The notes beneath the pieces were generated by a model. That model had not been told where the DNA came from. It saw only the letters and a list, made by a program, of their open reading frames with translations, and did not search any database. Made by a program: the position numbers and the translations under genes. A DNA stretch of 64,000 nucleotides from an uncultured Gammaproteobacteria bacterium (lineage in GTDB: Bacteria; Patescibacteriota; Microgenomatia; Levybacterales; UBA12049): contig CAYYSJ010000004.1 in NCBI GenBank assembly GCA_964474445.1, positions 185 to 64,184 of the forward strand, read 5' to 3'. This document shows, piece by piece, positions 57,214 through 64,000 of the stretch; within the stretch, counting starts at the first letter, position 1; each line of letters opens with the position of its first letter.

Positions 57214-57322
57214 TAATATTGTCATTGTGAGTTGCCTAAGGGAAGGGGTTTATCTTCATTGCCACCTTTGGATTAACTTAGGACTTCTCGCCATGACAAA
57301 GAGAGGATGCTATACTTGGACT

Positions 57323-59905
57323 ATGGCAAAACAGATAAAAAATCAGATTCCAAAATTTAATCCTGCAGAAATAGAGCCTAAGTGGCAGAAAGTCTGGATT
57401 GAGGCAAAGACCTATGAGCCTGATATGAATAAGGCAGAAAGGCCTTTCTACAACCTTATGATGTTCCCATATCCTTCTGCTGAAGGATTGCATGTCGGGA
57501 ATGTGTATGCACAGACTGGAAGTGACATTCAAGGAAGATTTCAGAGAATGCAAGGAAACGATGTCTTTCAGCCTTTTGGACTGGATGGCTTTGGTATCCA
57601 TTCAGAGAATTATGCCTTAAAAGTTGGCAGGACACCTCAGGAACACGCTGTAATATCTGAGAAGAATTTCTATCGTCAAGTTCACGAGACAGGTTCTGGA
57701 ATGGCATGGGATGAGAAGGTAGAGACCTATGATCCTAACTATTATAAATGGACGCAATGGCTCTTTATTCAGTTGTTTAAGGCAGGCCTTGCCTACCGGA
57801 AGAAAGCTCCTGTAAATTATTGCCCTTCTTGTAAGACAGTTTTAGCTGATGAGCAAGTAATTGATGGCAAGTGCGAGAGATGTGGGACTGTCGTTGAGAA
57901 ACGCAATCTTGAACAATGGTTTTTTAAGATAACAGATTATTCAGAGAGACTTCTCAATAATATTCCGGGGCTTGATTGGTCTGAAAAAGTGAAAATTGCC
58001 CAAACAAATTGGATTGGGAAGAAAGAAGGAATTGAAATTACCTATCCGATTGAAGGGACAGACGAAACGGTAACTGTATTTACGACTCGTCCAGATACTA
58101 ATTTCGGAGCAACCTTCTTGGCACTTGCTCCTGAGCATCCTTTGGTGAAAAAAATTACTACTCCAGACCACAAAATAGATGTTGATCAATACATGAAAGA
58201 GGCAGCAAAAAAATCAGAGATTGAGCGTCAAGCAGAGGGCAGAGAAAAAACAGGTGCCTTTACTGGCGCCTATGCCCTCAATCATCTCACAGGCTACAGA
58301 ATGCCTATTTGGGTCTCTGACTTTGTTTTGGTTGGCTTTGGAACAGGGGCATTAGTCGGTGTTCCTGGGCATGACATGAGAGATTTTGAGTTTGCACAGA
58401 AGTTTGATCTTGAAATAAAAAGAGTTGTTGTTGGGAAAAATGGTGATACATCTCCAATTACCCGAGCAGAACAGGTGCAGGAAGAAGAGGGAACAATGAT
58501 CAACTCAGATTTCTTAAACGGGATGAATATTCACGATGCAACAGAGAAGATTATGGATGTCATGGAAGAAAAAGGTTGGGGCAAAAGAATTTCAACCTAC
58601 CATCTCAGGGATTGGTTAATATCACGACAGCGTTATTGGGGCCCTCCAATTCCAATGATTTATTGTGAAAATTGTGCAGCAAAAGGAATTGTTTATGATA
58701 CAAATGAGCTTGCAGAGGAGCGTGGTATACAAAGGCCTGAATTGCCAGGTGGTATGGCTGGGTGGTTCCCAGTGCCGGAAAGTGAATTACCTGTTCTATT
58801 GCCTGAGACAGAAAACTGGAAGCCAACAGGGACTGGTCAGTCTCCTTTGGCTCAAATTCCGGAGTTCTGGCAGACAACCTGTCCAAATTGTGGAGGTCCA
58901 GCAAGACGAGAAACTGATGTCTCAGATACTTTCCTAGATAGCGCATGGTATTTCTTTAGATATACTTCAACGGACAAAGAGCATGAAGCCTTTGATGTGA
59001 AAAGAGTAGAGAAGTGGATGCCAGTTACACTCTATACTGGCGGAGCAGAGCATTCAGTGCTACACCTTCTGTATGCTCGATTTGTTACGATGGTTCTGAA
59101 AGATTTAGGCTATATTAGCTTTGAAGAGCCATTTGCTAAGTTTAGAGCACATGGTCTTATCATTAAAGATGGTGCAAAAATGAGTAAGTCAAAGGGAAAT
59201 GTTGTTATACCAGATGTATATATTAAGAAGTTTGGAGCTGATACATTACGATCATATTTGATGTTCTTGGGGCCATTCTCTCAGGGTGGAGATTTTTCTG
59301 ACAATGGTATTGAAGGCACGCACAGATTCCTTAGGCGTGTCTGGGTAATGGTTCAGGATTATATGCAGTCAGAAGAAGAGGGAGAAATCAGCAAAGAGCG
59401 TGAATTCATACTCAATAAAACCGTGAAAAAAGTAACAGAAGAGATGGAAGCTCTAAGATACAATACAGCAATTGCAGCACTTATGGAGTGGTATAACTTC
59501 TTGAGTCAGGAAGTAAAAAGTATGAATCAAGAACTAAACAGAAGAGAGATTGAAGCATATGTCAAATTGTTGGCACCAATTGCTCCTCATATGACAGAAG
59601 AACTATGGCAATTACTCAGAGTAAATACTGTAGAAGAGCATGATGTAGACTTTGAATCAGTTCATCAAACTCCTTGGCCAAGTTATGATGAGTCACGGCT
59701 TGTCTCAGATACTATAAATATCGTGATTCAGGTGAATGGTAAGGTGAGGGCAACAATGACAGTCTCAGCTCAAGATTCACAAAACCAAAAGAAAGTTGAG
59801 CAGCTTGCTGAAGCTAATGAAAAAATTGTGGGATGGATTAATGGAAAAACAATGAAACAAGTTATTTTTGTTCCTCAAAAGCTGATTAACTTCGTTGTGG
59901 CCTAA
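57323..59905 (+). CDS. leuS: Leucyl-tRNA synthetase
   Basis: HIGH-region 'PYPSAEGLHVGNVYAQTGSDIQGRF', KMSKS 'KMSKSKGNVV', CP1 editing domain, class-I anticodon-binding domain; ATG at 57323 (ORF opens at 57227). Confidence 0.93.
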   Translation: MAKQIKNQIPKFNPAEIEPKWQKVWIEAKTYEPDMNKAERPFYNLMMFPYPSAEGLHVGNVYAQTGSDIQGRFQRMQGNDVFQPFGLDGFGIHSENYALKVGRTPQEHAVISEKNFYRQVHETGSGMAWDEKVETYDPNYYKWTQWLFIQLFKAGLAYRKKAPVNYCPSCKTVLADEQVIDGKCERCGTVVEKRNLEQWFFKITDYSERLLNNIPGLDWSEKVKIAQTNWIGKKEGIEITYPIEGTDETVTVFTTRPDTNFGATFLALAPEHPLVKKITTPDHKIDVDQYMKEAAKKSEIERQAEGREKTGAFTGAYALNHLTGYRMPIWVSDFVLVGFGTGALVGVPGHDMRDFEFAQKFDLEIKRVVVGKNGDTSPITRAEQVQEEEGTMINSDFLNGMNIHDATEKIMDVMEEKGWGKRISTYHLRDWLISRQRYWGPPIPMIYCENCAAKGIVYDTNELAEERGIQRPELPGGMAGWFPVPESELPVLLPETENWKPTGTGQSPLAQIPEFWQTTCPNCGGPARRETDVSDTFLDSAWYFFRYTSTDKEHEAFDVKRVEKWMPVTLYTGGAEHSVLHLLYARFVTMVLKDLGYISFEEPFAKFRAHGLIIKDGAKMSKSKGNVVIPDVYIKKFGADTLRSYLMFLGPFSQGGDFSDNGIEGTHRFLRRVWVMVQDYMQSEEEGEISKEREFILNKTVKKVTEEMEALRYNTAIAALMEWYNFLSQEVKSMNQELNRREIEAYVKLLAPIAPHMTEELWQLLRVNTVEEHDVDFESVHQTPWPSYDESRLVSDTINIVIQVNGKVRATMTVSAQDSQNQKKVEQLAEANEKIVGWINGKTMKQVIFVPQKLINFVVA

Positions 59906-61752
59906 TCTACTATTTAGCTTGTCATTGTGAGTAAATTTACTGTAAGAAAGGTGCTGTCAGTTGTAAGACTGCTTTGCTAAAGGTGAAAACGATTTTCTCT
60001 TAAGAGATGGCTGTTTTTTTCATGCTTGAAGCTAAATGATCGATACAATCTTTTTTGTTGCTTAGATAGGAAAAGAAACATTAAAGATTTAAGGTATGGG
60101 TGGAACTCCTAAAATCGTTAAAGAATACTTCATTTTACTGTACTCCCGCGTAATTTTTAGATATCTTTTGACACCTTTGGTTAGTAATTTGATATAGATA
60201 TTTAACTTTCTTGAAAAGCACCCCTCTGTTTTTTTCGGAGTGCTAACATTAAATTACACTAGCACAATGCTTTCTCTAGACATTGAGGGAAAAGTCATGA
60301 ATTTTCTGGCATATGCACTAAACTACAAAGTAAATCATAACTGATAGATGTACTAATTGTTGCTGTAGGACTTTTCAGAAATGCCATAAGCAAACAGTTG
60401 CTAAACAATTATGTTTAGCAACTTACAGTAGTAGATAGATATAGAAGCGGATACCCAGTTACTGAAGTAACAAAAATCCAGAGGCAGGGGTATAACAATA
60501 TATGCTATAGGTTTTAGATATGGATATGGTAAAAGTTGGTGTGTTAGATACTTGGTCCCCAGTATGGCAGGTAAGAATGCAAAAATATTGCAATATAGAG
60601 AAAAGATTTTGTCAAAAGATCATGATCAAATTTTTAATCAAAAGTGAAAAAGAAAGATTCAATAAACTGACAGTTTCATGACTCACCGTCAGATTTTATA
60701 ATATAACCATGAAACAAAATTTTTCTATCTCCTTACTTTTTTCTTTTTATTTTAACGTTACAAATCATACTAATTTTTCAACTTTTCCTGTTTTTCCTCC
60801 CAACTAAAAATTACTGTTCGTGAAAATGCTCATTTTCATTACTAGTATTTCTGAGACTAGAAAGTTATCGGAAGATAAAAGGGGTGAATACTTGTTTTGG
60901 AAATTTCTCGTAATAAACACCCTAGTTATGACTAGTCATTAAAAAGTTGAAGTAAAATACATTCTGATATGTTAAAAAATATTGGCAGATGTGACTAAGG
61001 ATTGACAAAATAAAAACAGCATATATTTGCAATCTATTCCATTAAAATCAAGGCTGAAAAATAAGATTTTTACCAATTTTTGCAAGAATAAAGCAAGGAG
61101 CACTACTTATTTGTGAAAAAACATTTTCACACGCATATTTATCTTATCTAAAGGCAGAATTCGTGGGTTAAAAAATATTATGCGTGACTCAGTAAGTGGA
61201 TCATTCTATATCACCAATATTCGTCATGTTATTTCGGGATCTGGCGTAAATATGAGCTTATTGCATGTTTTTGCCGAGTTTTCTTGAGGTTTCCATACAG
61301 AAAGTGGGGCACTATTCTCTTTGTATGCAGAGTATTGGTGGTTATAGCTCTGTAAAAACTTGCTAGTTAATTCTTCGAGAAGAGACAGGGAGCATATGTC
61401 CTTGAGACAAAATTTTTGGTAAGGTGAGAACTCTTATATGGAGTCTTTTTAAAAAAAACAGCATTGTGTTTTTTTATCTGTTTCTTTCTCTGGATGGTGG
61501 TTTTCATTGGTTGAACTGAAAAACTGTTGGTGTCACTTTTATAAAACTGCTTGTCCCATTGGAAAGATTCTTGTCCGAGAACAATCGAAAATAACTATTG
61601 TAAGAATTCCAATACGGTCATTCATAGTGTCAACTTTTGGGAATTGTGAAATGATGTAATTTTGATTAATGTCATGTGTTTTAGACTGTCACTCTCGTTG
61701 CAATTATAGAAACGATTGATATAACTCTAGGGTTTATTTTGCAGCCGGTTTT

Positions 61753-63684
61753 TTAGTTAAGTGTCCGGGGAGTATACTGCTCCAAGACTTGTTGTAACTT
61801 TGGGTTAAGAAGAGTCTTTTTCTCTTCCTGTGCAACAGGAAGAGTGAAGAAGACTGTTGTACCATGCTGAGGGGTAGAATTAACATAAATATTTCCTCCA
61901 TGTGCTTCTACAATACCTTTGGCAATATATAGCCCAAGACCTGTTCCTTCAGTCGGTTCTGAAGTCCGATTTTCCCTTATCTGAGAAAACTTTTGAAAAA
62001 GTAATTTCTGCTTTTCTGTTGGTATACCAATACCAGTATCGCTTACAGATACAAGAATACCCGGGTTAGTTGGTGTATGAGGAAGTTGGGGGCTGTATTG
62101 GCCAACAACTTTTACTTTAATTTCTCCTCCTGCTGAAGTGAATTTAAGACTATTTGAGATAAGATTGTTAACGACTTGCTCAATGCGAGTTATATCAATG
62201 AATGCTTGAGGAAGCGTTTCTTCAAGGACACTGGTTAATTTGACCTGTTTTTTGTTAGCTTCTGGGGCAAATAACTCAATACTTTCCATAACAGCTTGAG
62301 AAATATCATTTGGCGCTTGCCAAATAGTAAAGTGGCCTGCTTCAAGCTTTGCAGCATCAAGTAACGAATTAATATCATTTAAAAGTCTTTTTGATTGTTG
62401 GTCTATAATAACCGCAAGTTTTTGCTGACTTTGTTCAAGGCTTTCACTTTGTGCCATCATCTCAGCAGCAGCTTTAATAGCTGTAAGTGGTGACCTAAGT
62501 TCATGGACGACTGCGTTTGTAAATTCTTCCTTCATTTGTTGGAGTGATTTTTCGAGGGTAATGTCATGAATCAATACTGTGACGCCTGTAACTCGTCTCT
62601 GCATACTTTGCAAATCGTCAGTTGGCCCAAAGACAGGCGTGACAACGACCTGAACTGTTTTTTCCACCAATTGAAGCTCTTTTTCCTCAATTGTTTTCCC
62701 CATAATAAGGGCTTCTTTAATTTTTGCTCCAAAGTCATAATGCTTTGAAAGCATATTGACCGCATCAAAAATAGTTGGGTTAGTTAAATGAGGAATACCA
62801 AGGAGATTTTTTGCAGCCTGATTGATAAGGGTTAATTTGTATGAGCTATCAATCATAAGAATTCCATCCGCAAGACTTGCAATCATTGAGAGAATTTTTT
62901 CTTGCTCAGTTCCTATAACTTCTTGGAGTTTAGAAAGTGCGTTAGAAGCAGAAGATGTTAGTTGATACAAAATAGTCATATCCTCTTCTTTGTAAAGGCC
63001 TGGTTTGGTAGAACAAATACTGATAAGACCTACTATTTCTCCTTTAATAATCAGAGGAATATGGAAAAATGAAGCAAGAGGGTCTGTATTATCTTCGTCT
63101 GCAAGAAGGCCTGTCTTGAATTCTTCATAGTGCTGGGGAAGAGGATGGTCCATAAGTGATGCAAGAGAGGCAAGCATGCTTTTTCTCACCTGTTCAATAA
63201 AATTGCTTCCGACGCGTTCTTCAAGAGCTATTTTAAAGACGTAGCTATCTTCGTGGATGATAAGAGAAGAAGTGGTGGAATAGGGGAAGAGGTTTTTAAG
63301 GCTCCCTGTAAGGGTATCAATAACCCGCTCGACGTCAAGAGAATACCCGATTCTCTCCTGTAGAGCTTTCAAAACGGAAAGCTCGTACATACGCCTTTTG
63401 GTATTGGCGTCTTTCTCACGAAGTTGTTTCTTGAGTTTATCTAGCTGAAACGAAAAGTAGACAGCAAGCGCTCCAAAAAATACTACAGCAACGGTAGATA
63501 TAAGAGTGGGTAAGGACATATTATTAGTATTATGTATTGCGTAGTAAGTATCAAGTATGAAGCCGGGAGGAGGTATCCTTAATATATAATACTTGCTACC
63601 TGCTACTAACTCATCAAAGATTCCAGTTTGTCTCCAGTTTTCTTGCTGCCAATAACAATAACGTAGGTACCAAGCACAAAACAA
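61753..63684 (-). CDS. Sensor histidine kinase with GAF/PAS-like sensor region
   Basis: TM 'LPTLISTVAVVFFGALAVYFSF'; HisKA 'VVHELRSPLTAIKAAAEMM'; HATPase_c 'GTGLGLYIAKGIVEAHGGNIYVNSTPQHGTTVFFTLP'. ORF opens with TTG at 63684; first ATG at 63519 (MSLPTLI…) is a more likely start. Confidence 0.85.
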   Translation of the reverse strand: MFCAWYLRYCYWQQENWRQTGIFDELVAGSKYYILRIPPPGFILDTYYAIHNTNNMSLPTLISTVAVVFFGALAVYFSFQLDKLKKQLREKDANTKRRMYELSVLKALQERIGYSLDVERVIDTLTGSLKNLFPYSTTSSLIIHEDSYVFKIALEERVGSNFIEQVRKSMLASLASLMDHPLPQHYEEFKTGLLADEDNTDPLASFFHIPLIIKGEIVGLISICSTKPGLYKEEDMTILYQLTSSASNALSKLQEVIGTEQEKILSMIASLADGILMIDSSYKLTLINQAAKNLLGIPHLTNPTIFDAVNMLSKHYDFGAKIKEALIMGKTIEEKELQLVEKTVQVVVTPVFGPTDDLQSMQRRVTGVTVLIHDITLEKSLQQMKEEFTNAVVHELRSPLTAIKAAAEMMAQSESLEQSQQKLAVIIDQQSKRLLNDINSLLDAAKLEAGHFTIWQAPNDISQAVMESIELFAPEANKKQVKLTSVLEETLPQAFIDITRIEQVVNNLISNSLKFTSAGGEIKVKVVGQYSPQLPHTPTNPGILVSVSDTGIGIPTEKQKLLFQKFSQIRENRTSEPTEGTGLGLYIAKGIVEAHGGNIYVNSTPQHGTTVFFTLPVAQEEKKTLLNPKLQQVLEQYTPRTLN

Positions 63685-63968
63685 ACCTCCTTTGCTAGCA
63701 GAAGGCTAATTTGAAAAATTTGGGGAAGCAAACTCGCGTAGTTACTGACCACAAGATAGGAGCTAACTGCATCAATAATAATTCCAAGTGCAATGAAAAA
63801 AACTCCAAGAGAATTTGTTTTAAATCCAGAAGCAAGAATACCTGTACCAAATTTCTTTGTAACAGAAGCCATTACAATGCCTGCAGCAATTGCTGCAAAC
63901 GCAGCGATAAAAGATCCTGCTTCAACAATAATAGTTAAGAGTCGCTGTGTATCAATTCCTTCAAACAT
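63606..63968 (-). CDS. Small hypothetical membrane protein (three TM helices)
   Basis: 120-aa ORF, hydrophobic helices; stop overlaps upstream end of kinase ORF. Confidence 0.35.
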   Translation of the reverse strand: MFEGIDTQRLLTIIVEAGSFIAAFAAIAAGIVMASVTKKFGTGILASGFKTNSLGVFFIALGIIIDAVSSYLVVSNYASLLPQIFQISLLLAKEVCFVLGTYVIVIGSKKTGDKLESLMS

Positions 63969-64000
63969 AATCGTTTTGTAACATAGATGATGAGAAGAGA

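Noticed and set aside
57100-57322. T-box riboswitch upstream of leuS
   Set aside because: Promoter, leader and terminator are present but I could not find the conserved T-box sequence or a clear specifier loop by eye. Kept only as a generic attenuator candidate.
63517-63684. TTG start at 63684 for the histidine kinase
   Set aside because: A GGAGG sits only 1 nt from that TTG (spacing too short), and the first 55 codons precede the TM helix with no ATG. Start at ATG 63519 (MSLPTLI…) is more plausible, though the ORF-track extent is reported.
52327-64000. CRISPR array or cas genes
   Set aside because: No regularly spaced direct repeats seen in any intergenic region, including the 1.85-kb ORF desert.

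Overview
This window looks like a fragment of a small, AT-rich genome with Candidate Phyla Radiation (Patescibacteria)-like features. That lineage call is an inference from gene content and composition only.

The window opens inside a 23S rRNA gene interrupted by at least two group-I-type introns, the first of which carries a single-motif LAGLIDADG homing-endonuclease ORF. A 5S rRNA and an intrinsic terminator follow.

Housekeeping genes (rpsA, radA, a YacL-like PIN/TRAM gene, rho, leuS and two tRNA-Ala) are interspersed with an unusually large share of cell-envelope genes.

The most interesting content is envelope-related:
- An 11.5-kb gene encodes a 3854-aa protein with two cytoplasmic tyrosine-recombinase core-binding (SAM-like) domains, one transmembrane helix and a huge repeat-rich extracellular region. 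It shares N- and C-terminal modules with a second, 1077-aa surface protein.
- Two loci carry cassettes of Thr/Ser/Gly-rich secreted pilin-like proteins, each ending in a conserved alternating beta-strand motif. They are followed by membrane-anchored Ig-fold proteins resembling DUF916/DUF3324 (CscA-like) components.
- A GT2 / YfhO-like GT-C / GT2 glycosylation locus.
- An LPXTG sortase substrate.

Also present:
- An HTH-PIN toxin-antitoxin pair with an iteron-like operator and a (CG)n palindrome.
- A frameshifted IS481-like transposase beside the tRNAs.
- Several GC-rich, probably foreign genes.
- A 1.85-kb ORF-free convergent intergenic region downstream of leuS.

No CRISPR array was seen.
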